Shown piece by piece: positions 1 to 9,934 of a stretch of 64,000 nt of DNA. The notes beneath the pieces were generated by a model that saw nothing but the letters and a program-made list of their open reading frames with translations, had not been told where the DNA came from and did not search any database. How positions within the stretch are numbered: position 1 is the stretch's first letter; each line of letters starts with the position of its first letter. This stretch comes from an uncultured delta proteobacterium (GTDB lineage: Bacteria; Desulfobacterota; Binatia; Binatales; Binataceae). Where the stretch lies: assembly GCA_963842085.1 (NCBI GenBank), contig CAWJET010000001.1, positions 1,504,001 to 1,568,000 on the forward strand. Direction: 5' to 3'. The position numbers and the translations under genes are program-made.

Positions 1-1458
1 GAAATACGCGCGCGCGGGCGCCGGCTCGCCGCATACCAGGCACTTGCCCGCGACGCCGTCACTCGCGAGTGGAATCACGCGGCAAGTCGCCTTGGTCTCC
101 TCGCGGATTCGCGTCTCGCACACCGGATTCCCGCACCAATAGACGTAGGCGAAGCCACCGCCGCCCTCGCCCTCCATGTGCTTGCGAAACGCCGCATAGT
201 CGTCGAACTTTCGCGTATTCGCGATCATCGAGGCCTTCGCCTGCGCGTAGAGATTTTTCTGAATCTCGGCGAGCAGCGCGCCGACGCTCTCCGCGATCGT
301 CGCGAGCGACGCCTTGCTCTTCGATTCCGGCCCCGACTTGTCGCGCCGCGCGAGCACCGCTTCACCCGAGGCGACGTCGCGCGGTCCGATCTCGATTCGC
401 GCCGGCACGCCGCGCATTTCCCAATCGTTGAACTTGAACCCCGGCGTCATGCCCTCGCGTTCGTCGATGCGCGCACGAATGCCAGCCTGCGTCAGCAACT
501 CGAGCGCGGCGCGCGCCGCGGCGAGCACGGTCGCGCCCTCCTCGGGTTTGCGGAAAATCGGCACGACGACCGCTTGCGTCGCCGCGACCGTCGGCGGCAG
601 CCGCAACCCCTGGTCATCGCCGTGCGCCATCACGATCGCGCCGAGCAGCCGCGTCGATACACCCCAACTCGTCTGCCACACGAACTGCATCTGATTTTGA
701 TCGTCGAGGTAGCGGATCTCGAACGGCTTGGCAAAGTTCTGGCCGAGAAAATGCGAGGTGCCGCATTGCAGTGCGCGCCCGTCGCCCATCAGACCCTCGA
801 TCGCGTAGGTCTCGACGGCGCCCGGGAACCGCTCGGCCGCGCTCTTGCGCCCTATTATCAGCGGAATTGCCAGGAACTCCTCAACGAACGCGCGGTACAC
901 TTCAAGCATTCCGAGCGTCTCGGCTTCCGCTTCCTCGCGCGAGGCGTGCGCCGTGTGCCCTTCCTGCCAGAGGAACTCAGTGGTGCGCAGGAACAAGCGC
1001 GTGCGCATCTCCCATCGCACGACGTTGCACCATTGATTGAGCATCATCGGCAAGTCGCGATGCGACCTGATCCACTGCGCGAACATGTGGTTGATGATCG
1101 TCTCGGACGTGGGACGCACAATTAGGGGCTCCTCGAGTTCCTTGCCGCCGCCGTGCGTGACGACCGCGAGCTCGGGCGCGAACCCCTCGACGTGTTGCGC
1201 CTCCTTTTGCAGGAAGCTCTGCGGGATGAACAACGGGAAGTACGCGTTGCGCGCGCCGGTCTTCTTGATGCGCCGGTCGAGCTCGTCGCGGATCGCCTCC
1301 CAAATCGCAAAACCGTCGGGACGAAACACGATGCATCCGCGTACCGGCGAGTAATCCGCCAACTCCGCGCGGAGGCATATGTCGTTGTACCACGCGGCGA
1401 AATCCTCGCTGCGTGGAGTTACCTTCTTGTCATTTGGCTTTGCTTGCTTTTCCGCCAT
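1..1458 (-). CDS. proS: Proline--tRNA ligase, archaeal/eukaryote-like type (3' end runs off the window; absent from the ORF track)
   Basis: Manual translation from ATG at 1458: MAEKQAKPNDKKVTPRSEDFAAWYND...YFPLFIPQSFLQKEAQHVEGFAPELAVVTHGGGKELEEPLIVRPTSETII...NQWCNVVRWEMRTRLFLRTTEFLWQEGHTAH, with a C-terminal GKCLVCG Zn motif. Confidence 0.97.
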   Translation of the reverse strand, partial: MAEKQAKPNDKKVTPRSEDFAAWYNDICLRAELADYSPVRGCIVFRPDGFAIWEAIRDELDRRIKKTGARNAYFPLFIPQSFLQKEAQHVEGFAPELAVVTHGGGKELEEPLIVRPTSETIINHMFAQWIRSHRDLPMMLNQWCNVVRWEMRTRLFLRTTEFLWQEGHTAHASREEAEAETLGMLEVYRAFVEEFLAIPLIIGRKSAAERFPGAVETYAIEGLMGDGRALQCGTSHFLGQNFAKPFEIRYLDDQNQMQFVWQTSWGVSTRLLGAIVMAHGDDQGLRLPPTVAATQAVVVPIFRKPEEGATVLAAARAALELLTQAGIRARIDEREGMTPGFKFNDWEMRGVPARIEIGPRDVASGEAVLARRDKSGPESKSKASLATIAESVGALLAEIQKNLYAQAKASMIANTRKFDDYAAFRKHMEGEGGGGFAYVYWCGNPVCETRIREETKATCRVIPLASDGVAGKCLVCGEPAPARAYF

Positions 1459-1557
1459 TCGTCTTGCGCGAGGATTGTGATTATCGTCAATTGGTACAGT
1501 CTCCGGATAATATCAGCCCAAATCAACCAAGTCCGGAGCGCGCCTGAGGTGAAAGTC

Positions 1558-2277
1558 ATGAGCCTGAGACTCCGGGCAGCCGTCGTCAGCCTCGCGATTA
1601 CTTTGCCGGTCGTTGCGTCACTGGCGTCGGCACAAACCAGCGCCAATCCTTTCGCCGTGCGGACGATCGAGGTTGACGGCAGCGGCGAGACCCGCACATC
1701 TCCCGACACCGCGGATTTGGATGTCGCGATCGATACTGAAGCGAAGACCGCCGAGGAAGCCGCCAGCAGTAACGCCGCGCTGGCCGCGAAGGTGATCGAC
1801 GCCCTCAAGTCCAAGCTCGGCGACAAGGGCAAGATTACCACCGGCGGATATTCGCTGAATCCTGAGTACAGCCAGCGGCCCAGCGAGAATCCCACGATCG
1901 TCGGCTACAACGCGCAGAATAGCGTCACGGTGCATACCGGCGCACTGGACCTCGTTGGCGCACTCATCGATTCTGCGATTGCGGCCGGCGCAAATCGCGT
2001 CAACTCGCTTAACTTCAGCGTCAAGGACGACACCAAGGCGCGCACCGAAGCGATCGCGATCGCAACTCGCGACGCCCGCGCGCAGGCCGACGCGCTCGCG
2101 TCTGCGCTGGGCGTGAAACTCGGCAAGGTGCTCAAGGCCACGACAGTGTCGGAACAGCGGCCGATTCCGATACGGATGGGAAGGGCAATGGCGATGTCGG
2201 CCAATGTCGCAACGCCGGTCGAGCCGGGCGAGGTCACCGTGCCGGCGACGGTTTCTCTGACCTTCGAGATTGAGTAG
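1558..2277 (+). CDS. SIMPL (DUF541/YggE-like) periplasmic protein
   Basis: Signal peptide; TIEVDGSGETRTSPD, GYNAQNSVTV, AGANRVNSLNF, ARAQADALASALGVKLG, PGEVTVPATVSLTFEIE. Confidence 0.92.
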   Translation: MSLRLRAAVVSLAITLPVVASLASAQTSANPFAVRTIEVDGSGETRTSPDTADLDVAIDTEAKTAEEAASSNAALAAKVIDALKSKLGDKGKITTGGYSLNPEYSQRPSENPTIVGYNAQNSVTVHTGALDLVGALIDSAIAAGANRVNSLNFSVKDDTKARTEAIAIATRDARAQADALASALGVKLGKVLKATTVSEQRPIPIRMGRAMAMSANVATPVEPGEVTVPATVSLTFEIE

Positions 2278-2321
2278 GTTCTGCTTTTGCGCTGCCTGCC
2301 GAGCGCGCACATGAGGCCGCG

Positions 2322-2849
2322 ATGCTGAAGCCAGGAGATCTCGCTCCGCCGTTCGATCTCGAATGCGCCCTTAACGGTCGTATCGCACGCTGCAGTCTCG
2401 CGAAAATTTCCACCGAACTGGTTTTGATCTTTTTCTATCCGCGCGATTTTTCCTTCATCTGCCCGACCGAAGTCACCGGCTTCAACAACGCGCTGAAGGA
2501 TTTTACCGCTGAGCAGACGACCATCGTCGGTGTCAGCATCGACAACGTGGACAGCCATCTGCGATGGGCGCGCGAGCTCGGCGGAATCGGTTACCCGCTG
2601 CTCGCCGACCCCGACGGCAGTCTCGCTCGCGCCTATGGCGTTTTCGACGAGGATGAAAAGGTAGCGCTGCGTGCGACGTTCATCCTCGATCGCAAACGCA
2701 AGGTTGCGTTCTCCGCGTCATGCCCGCTGAACGTCGGGCGCAGCGTGATCGAGACGCTTCGAATCGTACGCGCGCTCCGAACCGGCCAGCTCTGCCCCGC
2801 CGATTGGACTCCGGGTGTCCAGTTCGGTCCAACCGATCGCGACTTCTAG
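2322..2849 (+). CDS. 2-Cys peroxiredoxin, AhpC/TSA family
   Basis: FFYPRDFSFICPTE peroxidatic motif; LRATFILD; GRSVIETLR; LCPADW resolving Cys. Confidence 0.93.
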   Translation: MLKPGDLAPPFDLECALNGRIARCSLAKISTELVLIFFYPRDFSFICPTEVTGFNNALKDFTAEQTTIVGVSIDNVDSHLRWARELGGIGYPLLADPDGSLARAYGVFDEDEKVALRATFILDRKRKVAFSASCPLNVGRSVIETLRIVRALRTGQLCPADWTPGVQFGPTDRDF

Positions 2850-3585
2850 GTCGAGCTTGGCCGCAGTAGTCGATCCCGCCGAAAAAAGGCAGCTCTTCGA
2901 GCGGCTCTCGAGCGTCCGCGAAATCGTGTTCGGCGTGCAGGACGGCGTGCTGACGACCGCGGGCGTGCTGTGCGGGCTGAGCGGCGCCGTCTCGCAGCAT
3001 TCGCAGGTGGCGCTTGCCGCGCTCGCTTCCACCGCGGCTGGTGCGCTCTCGATGGCTGCAGGAGCCTATCTGGGCGCGTGCGCGGAAACAGAAGTGCTGC
3101 GCGCCGAGCTCGAACTCGTGCGCGCCGACGCTACCGCAAAGCCCTATACCGTCCAGGAAGGATTGCTCGACGAGCTGTGCAAGGAAGGCCTCAGCCGCGA
3201 GACCGCTTATCGCGTCGTGCGCCTGCTCAGCGCCTCCCCCCGTGCTCTCGCATCGACCGCCGAGGCAAAGATGTTCGGGCTCGGCGGCTCGATGCTCGGT
3301 AATCCGGCGTTGGATGGAGTCGTGATGGGAATCGCCTTCCTCGTCGGTGCGCTGGTGCCGCTGTTGCCGTACATGCTGATTGCGATTCAGCGCTACGACC
3401 TCGCCGGCGCGCTCGCCGCCACCGCGCTCACCCTGTTCGGCGTGGGATACTTCGAGGGATGGCTCGCGCATCGCCGTGATCGGTGGCGACCGGGCGTGCG
3501 CTTTCTTGCGATCGCAATGAGTGCTGCCGCCGCCGGCTACCTGATCGGGCTCGCGATCTCGCCACTCGGTGCGACCGCAGGCTAA
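2815..3585 (+). CDS. VIT1/CCC1 family Fe/Mn transporter (start uncertain)
   Basis: REIVFGVQDGVLTT, AGALSMAAGAYL, FLVGALVPLLPY motifs. Confidence 0.9.
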   Translation: MSSSVQPIATSRSSLAAVVDPAEKRQLFERLSSVREIVFGVQDGVLTTAGVLCGLSGAVSQHSQVALAALASTAAGALSMAAGAYLGACAETEVLRAELELVRADATAKPYTVQEGLLDELCKEGLSRETAYRVVRLLSASPRALASTAEAKMFGLGGSMLGNPALDGVVMGIAFLVGALVPLLPYMLIAIQRYDLAGALAATALTLFGVGYFEGWLAHRRDRWRPGVRFLAIAMSAAAAGYLIGLAISPLGATAG

Positions 3586-3595
3586 CCTTGTTCGC

Positions 3596-3847
3596 GTGAA
3601 AATTCCTGCGTACTCATCGCTGGCCGCATTCCTGGCGCACTACCGCGCGCTCAAATCAGACGTTTCCCGCGGCGCTGATGACGATCAGCTATTCGCCGAA
3701 ATGTCGGCGGTGATCGCAAGCCTCGCGCCCGAAACCCGCGCAGACCTCGATTCCACCGAAGACAGTGCCGGCGCCAGACGCCATCGCGAACGCGCTGAAC
3801 TACAGCTCCGCCGCGAGCTCTCCGCACGCGGGATTGTTGCGGGCTGA
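3596..3847 (+). CDS. Hypothetical protein
   Basis: Fills the gap between VIT1 and the ABC permease in the same orientation; stop lies 3 nt before the next start. Confidence 0.55.
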   Translation: MKIPAYSSLAAFLAHYRALKSDVSRGADDDQLFAEMSAVIASLAPETRADLDSTEDSAGARRHRERAELQLRRELSARGIVAG

Positions 3848-3850
3848 ACG

Positions 3851-4780
3851 ATGCTCGCTTACCTCGTCCGGCGAATCGTTTTCGGCGCTGCGGTCCTTAT
3901 CGGCACGTCGATCATCACGTTCGCAATCGCTTTCATCGTCCCCGCCGATCCCGCGGTCGCGATGGCCGGGGCGAAGGCCGACCCGCAAACCCTCGCCTCG
4001 ATCCGGGCCGAGTTGGCCCTCGACCAGCCGGTCTACGTCCAGTACGCGCGCTATCTCGATCGCGCGATTCACGGCGACCTCGGCCGCTCGTATATCCGGC
4101 GTGAGAGCGTGACCCGGCTGATAGCCGATCGCTTTCCCGCAACCGCCGTGCTGGCAGGCGCGGCGATGGCGTTGTCGTTGATTCTCGGAATCGCGATGGG
4201 CGCGATCGCTGCCGCGTATCGCGGCCGCGCCGCCGACAACCTATTGCTCGTCATATCGCTGGCGCTCGTGTCGATCCCGGTGTTCTGGCTGGGCACGATG
4301 CTGCTGATCGCGGTCGCCGCTAACATTCGCTCGTTTCCCCTTGGCGGTTACAGCGGCGCCACCAGCTTGATTTTGCCGACGCTGACGCTCGCGCTCGGCT
4401 CGGCCGGCTACTATTCGCGCGTCCTGCACACCAGCCTGTGCGACGCGTTCGATCAGGATTACGTGCGCACCGCGCGTGGCAAGGGTCTCTCGCGCGCCCG
4501 CGTGATGCTCAAACATGCGATGGCAAACGCGCTGCTGCCGCTGGTCACTCTCGCCGGGCTCGACCTGGCTGGCCTGCTCTCGGGCGTCGTTCTGACCGAG
4601 ACGGTCTTCAACTGGCCGGGCATCGGGCGGCTGGCGGCCGACGCGATCTTCAACCTCGACATCCCGGTGATCATGGGCACCGTGCTGTTCTCCGCGTTCC
4701 TGATTGTCGTCGCCAACCTGGTCGTCGACCTGCTTTACGCGTGGCTCGACCCGCGCATTCGCCTGGCGGAGACGCGATGA
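3851..4780 (+). CDS. Peptide/nickel ABC transporter permease (DppB/OppB-like)
   Basis: GDLGRSY, QDYVRTARGKG EAA loop, ETVFNWPGIG, DLLYAWLDPRIR. Confidence 0.95.
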   Translation: MLAYLVRRIVFGAAVLIGTSIITFAIAFIVPADPAVAMAGAKADPQTLASIRAELALDQPVYVQYARYLDRAIHGDLGRSYIRRESVTRLIADRFPATAVLAGAAMALSLILGIAMGAIAAAYRGRAADNLLLVISLALVSIPVFWLGTMLLIAVAANIRSFPLGGYSGATSLILPTLTLALGSAGYYSRVLHTSLCDAFDQDYVRTARGKGLSRARVMLKHAMANALLPLVTLAGLDLAGLLSGVVLTETVFNWPGIGRLAADAIFNLDIPVIMGTVLFSAFLIVVANLVVDLLYAWLDPRIRLAETR

Positions 4781-5589
4781 GTCTGCGCCGCTTCGTCACG
4801 CTCGAAACCGTTGGCGCTGCGATGGTCACCGTGCTCGTGATCGTCGCAGTATTCGCACCGATGCTCGCGCCGCACGATCCGACGATCGTCGTCGCGCCGA
4901 CCTTCGGCGATCCCGGCGCGCCCTCGCTCAAATTTCCGATGGGCACCGACGAACTCGGGCGCGACGTGCTCTCGCGCATCATCTTCGGCGCCCGAATATC
5001 GCTCACCGTCGGCGTCGCCGCGATGGCGGTCACGATGACCATCGGCATCGCCATCGGCCTGTGCTCGGGATTCTTCTGCGGCGCGGTCGATTTCCTGCTG
5101 ATGCGCTTCACGGACCTGATGCTGTCCCTGCCGCCGTTGTTGCTCGCGATGGCTCTGGTGGCGGTGCTGGGTCCCAGCTTGCGCACGATCTTCATCGTCA
5201 TCGGTCTCGTTTCATGGACCTCGATCGCGCGCGTGGTGCGTGCGGAAACGCTCACGATGACCCGGCGCGATTTCGTGCTCGGCGCTGAGGCGCTGGGCGC
5301 GCCCTCGCGCCGGTTGATCGCCCTGCACATTCTGCCCAACGTCTTGCCGATAATTGTAGTGATGGCCGCGCTCAGAACCTCCGACACCCTGCTGCTCGAC
5401 GCGGCCCTCAGCTTCCTCGGCCTCGGCGTGCCGCCGCCAACGCCGAGCTGGGGCCGAATGATCGAAGAGGCGACGATTTACTTCCGCACAGCGCCGTGGC
5501 TGGCGACTTTTCCGGGTCTCGCGATCTTCTACGCGGTGCTGAGCTTCAATCTTCTCGGCTACGGATTTCTGCGCAGGCGCTCGCAATGA
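4777..5589 (+). CDS. Peptide/nickel ABC transporter permease (DppC/OppC-like)
   Basis: GTDELGRDVLSRIIFGARISL, HILPN, LSFLGLGVPPPTPSWG; ATGA overlap with the previous gene. Confidence 0.95.
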   Translation: MSLRRFVTLETVGAAMVTVLVIVAVFAPMLAPHDPTIVVAPTFGDPGAPSLKFPMGTDELGRDVLSRIIFGARISLTVGVAAMAVTMTIGIAIGLCSGFFCGAVDFLLMRFTDLMLSLPPLLLAMALVAVLGPSLRTIFIVIGLVSWTSIARVVRAETLTMTRRDFVLGAEALGAPSRRLIALHILPNVLPIIVVMAALRTSDTLLLDAALSFLGLGVPPPTPSWGRMIEEATIYFRTAPWLATFPGLAIFYAVLSFNLLGYGFLRRRSQ

Positions 5590-7181
5590 CGCATCGAAGA
5601 TTCATCCCAGCTGTCATCGCGTTCGCACTCACCGCCGGATGCGGCGGAGGACCGCCTCCGCTCAACCTGCCGCCGCACGCGATGGTTTTGCGCCTCGCGG
5701 ACGCCGACGACGTCCCGACACTCGACCCAGCCGCCGGCTACGACACTGTTTCGTGGACATTCGAGCAGGCAATTTTCGACACCCTGGTGCGCTACGGCGA
5801 CGGCAATATCGAGCTCGAACCCGATATCGCAACCGCGTGGGAAAGCTCGCCCGACGCGACGACTTTCACATTTCATCTGCGCTCCGATGCCCGCTTTTCC
5901 GACGGCCGAACCGTGACCAGCGGCGACTTCCGCTATGGAATCGAACGCGTGCTGAATCCCGGCACGCGGTCGAGAGGGATGGAGTACTACCGCGGTATCG
6001 AGGGCGCGGCCGACTTCGCCGCGCATCGCGCCGCGCACGTCAGCGGAATCGACACGCCTGACAATTCGACGATCATTTTCCATTTGAGTGCGCCCGATCC
6101 GATCTTCGCGCACAAGCTTGCGATGCCGTTTGCGTCGGCCATCCCGCGCGACGTGGCGGAGAAGTGGGGCGACGACTTTTCGCGCCACGTCGTCGGCAGC
6201 GGCGCTTTCATGCTGCGCGACTGGATCGGTGGGCAGCGCATCGTACTGGTGAAGAACCCCTGTTACTTCGCCAGGCCATTGCCTCATCTGGACGCGATCG
6301 TCGAGTCGGTGGGCGTAAACCAGGAGCTGCAGTGGCTGCGCTTCGACGCGGGCCAGATCGACGCGGTGGTCGATATTCCGCCGGCCGAGTTCCCCTACGT
6401 CATGAAAACGCCGGCGCTGCGCGCACTGACCGTGGCGAAAACCACCGTCACGACCCGCTACCTCGGCATGAACTGCCAGATGTGGCCGTTCACCGACGTT
6501 CGCGTGCGACGCGCGCTCAGTTACGCGATCGACCGTCACAAGCTCATCGCCATATTGAACGGACGCGGCGTCGTCGCGCGAGGCGTCATGCCGCCGAACC
6601 TGCCCGGCTACGATCCCGACCTCAAGGGCTACGATTACGACCCGGCGAAAGCGCGCGCGCTGCTCGAAGAAGCTCATCTCGCCCGCGGCTTCGACTTTGA
6701 AATCTGGATGCGCGCCGACCAGACCATCCTGATGCTCGCGCAATCGGTACAGCAGGATCTCGCGCCGCTCGGCATCCACGCCAAACTGAAGCCGGTCGCG
6801 TGGGGGCCGTTTCTTGAAGCGATTCGCCAGCCGAAAACGGTGCAATCGTTCATGCAGGGATGGGAGGCCGACTTTCCCGACCCCGAAAATTTCCTCGGCG
6901 CGCTGCTTTCGCGCGCTCAGTGGGGCGCCAACAACGACAGTTTCTATTCCAATCCCGAGGTCGAGCGGTTGCTTCGCGAAGCCGAGCCGGTCGCCGACAT
7001 GAATAAGCGCTACGCGCTCTACGACCAGGCCGAGAAAATCGTCGTAGCCGACGCGCCGTGGGTTTTCCTCTACTACCCGGTGACCTACATAATCCGCCAG
7101 CCGTGGGTGCACGATTACGTGATCAACCCGATGCGCCCAACCCGCTTCGAGCACGTCTGGCTCTCTCCCCACCCGTCGTAG
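5586..7181 (+). CDS. ABC transporter substrate-binding lipoprotein, family 5
   Basis: Lipobox LTAGC; TLDPA, PDIATAWE, FHLRSDARFSDG, DVRVRRALSYAIDR. Confidence 0.95.
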   Translation: MTHRRFIPAVIAFALTAGCGGGPPPLNLPPHAMVLRLADADDVPTLDPAAGYDTVSWTFEQAIFDTLVRYGDGNIELEPDIATAWESSPDATTFTFHLRSDARFSDGRTVTSGDFRYGIERVLNPGTRSRGMEYYRGIEGAADFAAHRAAHVSGIDTPDNSTIIFHLSAPDPIFAHKLAMPFASAIPRDVAEKWGDDFSRHVVGSGAFMLRDWIGGQRIVLVKNPCYFARPLPHLDAIVESVGVNQELQWLRFDAGQIDAVVDIPPAEFPYVMKTPALRALTVAKTTVTTRYLGMNCQMWPFTDVRVRRALSYAIDRHKLIAILNGRGVVARGVMPPNLPGYDPDLKGYDYDPAKARALLEEAHLARGFDFEIWMRADQTILMLAQSVQQDLAPLGIHAKLKPVAWGPFLEAIRQPKTVQSFMQGWEADFPDPENFLGALLSRAQWGANNDSFYSNPEVERLLREAEPVADMNKRYALYDQAEKIVVADAPWVFLYYPVTYIIRQPWVHDYVINPMRPTRFEHVWLSPHPS

Positions 7182-7224
7182 CTCCATAGTCAGATAGCGC
7201 CAACTTGGCTATGATTAAAGGATC

Positions 7225-7536
7225 ATGAAAAAAGCCAAAATCGCGGAACTACGTAATCGCCTCTCGCGATATCTGGATCACGTCCGCGCGGGAGGCTCGG
7301 TCGTTGTGTACGACCGTGATACGCCAATCGCCGAGATCGTACCTCTCACGCACAGCAAAACCCGGAGCAAGAAGGACCGTGACGAGGAGCGGCTGGCGCG
7401 ACTCGAGCGCAAGGGCGCGATTACACGCGGCACCGGCGATATGGCCGCATGGCTCAAGACTCACAAGCCCATCAAAATTCCTGGAGGCGCGGGCGTCCTT
7501 CAGGCATTGTTGGAAGAGCGGGAGAGTGGCTGGTGA
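7225..7536 (+). CDS. Phd/YefM family antitoxin
   Basis: KIAELRNRLSRYLDHVRAGGSVVVYDRDTPIAEIVP; overlaps the toxin start. Confidence 0.9.
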   Translation: MKKAKIAELRNRLSRYLDHVRAGGSVVVYDRDTPIAEIVPLTHSKTRSKKDRDEERLARLERKGAITRGTGDMAAWLKTHKPIKIPGGAGVLQALLEERESGW

Positions 7537-7961
7537 GATTCTGGGACGCCTCGGCGCTGGTCCCAATATTCATCGAAGAAGCAGCGACTCCAGAAGTTGA
7601 GAGCTGGCTAGCCACCGATCACGGCATCGCAACCTGGATGATGACGCGTGTCGAAGTAATTTCAGCGATCGCGCGAAGGAAACGTGAGCGGCCGGAGATG
7701 GTGGCTCTATGGAGCCGCGCAATCCGCGACGTGAACGAAATGGCTTCAAGATGGACTGAGATCTGGGACGCCGACGCCACTCGCCTTCACGCTGAGCGCA
7801 TCGTCATGGACCATCCGTTGCGAGCCGCCGACGCCCTCCAGCTCGGCGCCGCGCTGGTTGCGGCCGACGGCGATCCGCAATCTCTGGAACTCGTCACTCT
7901 TGATCGCAGACTTGCCGAAGCGGCTCAGCGCGAGGGCTTCCCCGTGCTCGGTGTGCGATAG
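7533..7961 (+). CDS. vapC: VapC/PIN-domain toxin
   Basis: FWDASALVP, EVISA, LRAADALQLGAA, LVTLDRRLAEAAQREGF; GTGA overlap. Confidence 0.9.
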   Translation: MRFWDASALVPIFIEEAATPEVESWLATDHGIATWMMTRVEVISAIARRKRERPEMVALWSRAIRDVNEMASRWTEIWDADATRLHAERIVMDHPLRAADALQLGAALVAADGDPQSLELVTLDRRLAEAAQREGFPVLGVR

Positions 7962-7964
7962 ATC

Positions 7965-8999
7965 CTACGCCGTTGCTGCACTCCTTGCCGGTTCCGCGCG
8001 GAGTGCGGTCAGTTCGCGGCTGGCGCGCGGCAGGAACACCACTCCGATCAGTGCGTTGCACAGCATGAACGTCAGTTGTGCCGCCAGACTGTAGGCGACG
8101 ATCTTCGCCGCCGACGCGTTGCTCGAGAAGAACAGCAGCCACGCCGCCTGACTGGTCCCCAGATGAGCCACCGCAATCGGCAGCGCGGCGGCCAGGAATA
8201 CCAGCGGCAGAAACAGCATCAGCTTTGCGAACGGGATCGCGATTCCGTACAGCGCCAGCGCGTAGTATTGCGCGACGACCGACGCGAGGAACGTCGGCGC
8301 CTTGATCGCCAGCACTGCCAGGTAGTCGAGCGGACGCGCCTGGATGAACGTCGCCAGCAATGCGCCCGCCCTTCCCGTCTCGACCCAGTTGCGAATCGCC
8401 GCGCTGCGCCGCGCAATCGCGAAGAAAATCATGATTCCGGCGAGCAATGCCCATGCCGCGATATACACGATGCGAAGTATTGCAACGATTTTTATCTGCG
8501 CGTCGCCAACCGGCGTGTAGAAGATTACCCCGAGCGTCGAGAACAGAAAGAGTTGGTAAATCTCGAGCAGCGCGATGAACAGCACCGAGCTGAGCGCGCT
8601 CAGGAAGCTGACTCCGGCCTTGCGATGCAGATAATACGCTACGCCGCCCTGCGCGAGGCTCGTGTTGATCAGCGCCAGCACGTACATGCTCGCGCGTATC
8701 GGTAATATGTCGCCGTACCGCATCCGCGCGTTGAAGCGCCGCACCACCCAGGTCAGACACGCCGAATCGATCGCGCAGTAAAACAGGGAGTACGGCATGA
8801 ACACCGCCAGGAACTCGAGCACCGGCACTTGCGACAGCGCTTGCTCGACTTTGCGGATCGGGATGCGCCAGAAGATCAGCGCGAATATAGCGATGGTCCC
8901 GAGATACGGAATCGCCTTGCGCCACAGCGGCGTCGCGCGCGGTGCCGGAACTGCATCGCCTGTCGCGGCGCTCGAGTCGGGGCTCGGCCCGGCGCTCAT
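7965..8999 (-). CDS. Lysylphosphatidylglycerol-synthase-like TM domain (flippase-like) membrane protein
   Basis: Many hydrophobic segments; LPIAVAHLGTSQAAW motif typical of YbhN/UPF0104-like proteins. Confidence 0.75.
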   Translation of the reverse strand: MSAGPSPDSSAATGDAVPAPRATPLWRKAIPYLGTIAIFALIFWRIPIRKVEQALSQVPVLEFLAVFMPYSLFYCAIDSACLTWVVRRFNARMRYGDILPIRASMYVLALINTSLAQGGVAYYLHRKAGVSFLSALSSVLFIALLEIYQLFLFSTLGVIFYTPVGDAQIKIVAILRIVYIAAWALLAGIMIFFAIARRSAAIRNWVETGRAGALLATFIQARPLDYLAVLAIKAPTFLASVVAQYYALALYGIAIPFAKLMLFLPLVFLAAALPIAVAHLGTSQAAWLLFFSSNASAAKIVAYSLAAQLTFMLCNALIGVVFLPRASRELTALRAEPARSAATA

Positions 9000-9427
9000 G
9001 CGTCGCCAAGCCGGATCGCGGCGGTTCCGATCAGCACCTGTTCGCCGCGTTGATTGTCGACGTGGATCTGCAACTCGGCGCGATCCGCATCGACCGAGAC
9101 GATCTTCGCGTGCGAGGTCAAAGTGTCGCCGTAGAGCACCGGCCTGGTAAGCGACACTTCGATACGTCCGCCGCGGACGAAGCGCATGCCGAAGTTGTCG
9201 GCGAGGAATTGCGCGATTACCGCGATAGTCTGCTCGCCGCCGGCGATCGGCGCGACGAAGCCCGCCTTGCGCGCCGCGTCCTTGTCGTCGTGGATGTTTC
9301 CGCGCGGACGGCGCCGCGGCGGCTGCTCGATGCCTTCGTAGTAGGCTTTCGCCGCGGCCTCATCGAGCAGGTACGGCCCCGAAACCAGCTCCGCGCCGCT
9401 TCGAATCTCACCGCGCCAAGCACTCAT
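8996..9427 (-). CDS. MaoC-like hotdog-fold dehydratase
   Basis: NIHDDKDAARKAGFVAPIAGG, RPVLYGDTL. Confidence 0.85.
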   Translation of the reverse strand: MSAWRGEIRSGAELVSGPYLLDEAAAKAYYEGIEQPPRRRPRGNIHDDKDAARKAGFVAPIAGGEQTIAVIAQFLADNFGMRFVRGGRIEVSLTRPVLYGDTLTSHAKIVSVDADRAELQIHVDNQRGEQVLIGTAAIRLGDA

Positions 9428-9873
9428 CGCATCTCCCCTTTGTCGTTCAGCAGCACCGACGTGATCGCCTGCCGCACCAGCAGCTTGTCCGTCACCGCGT
9501 CGCGCGATTCATATTCGAGCGTGAAATAAAACTTGCCGCGCTTGCGATACGTCGCGGTGATTTTGCCTTCGGTCTTGATCGCCTGGCCCACGCGCATCGG
9601 CTCGTGAAACTCGCACCAATGCTTGGCGTGCACTCCCCCCTTGCCGCCTTTCAGATGACCGGCGATGAGGAGCGCGTAGTCCTGCAAGCGCATCGTCGGC
9701 GACACGAGCGCCTCGGGATTCTGCGCGTCGGGAATGAAGTCGGGATTCGTGGCCTTGACCGCATCCGAAAATGCACGCGCCTGCTCCGGCGTAACGACGC
9801 AATAGATCGGCCCGAGACGCATCCCCTCGTGGAGGTTCTCGGGACTCATCACGAGTCTGGTGTCTTCGCTCAT
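9424..9873 (-). CDS. MaoC-like hotdog-fold protein (probable partner subunit)
   Basis: GGVHAKHWCEFHEPMRVGQ, YRKRGKFY; ATGA overlap with the next gene. Confidence 0.75.
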   Translation of the reverse strand: MSEDTRLVMSPENLHEGMRLGPIYCVVTPEQARAFSDAVKATNPDFIPDAQNPEALVSPTMRLQDYALLIAGHLKGGKGGVHAKHWCEFHEPMRVGQAIKTEGKITATYRKRGKFYFTLEYESRDAVTDKLLVRQAITSVLLNDKGEMR

Positions 9874-9934
9874 CGTACCGATTGAACGACTTTAGCAGGC
9901 GTGCAAGATTCGGCGAACCGTGGTTTCGAGGGCG

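Noticed and set aside
178-1125. 315-aa plus-strand ORF and the N-terminal extension of 1153..2277
   Set aside because: Antisense shadow of proS, typical of high-GC DNA; the SIMPL gene starts at 1558
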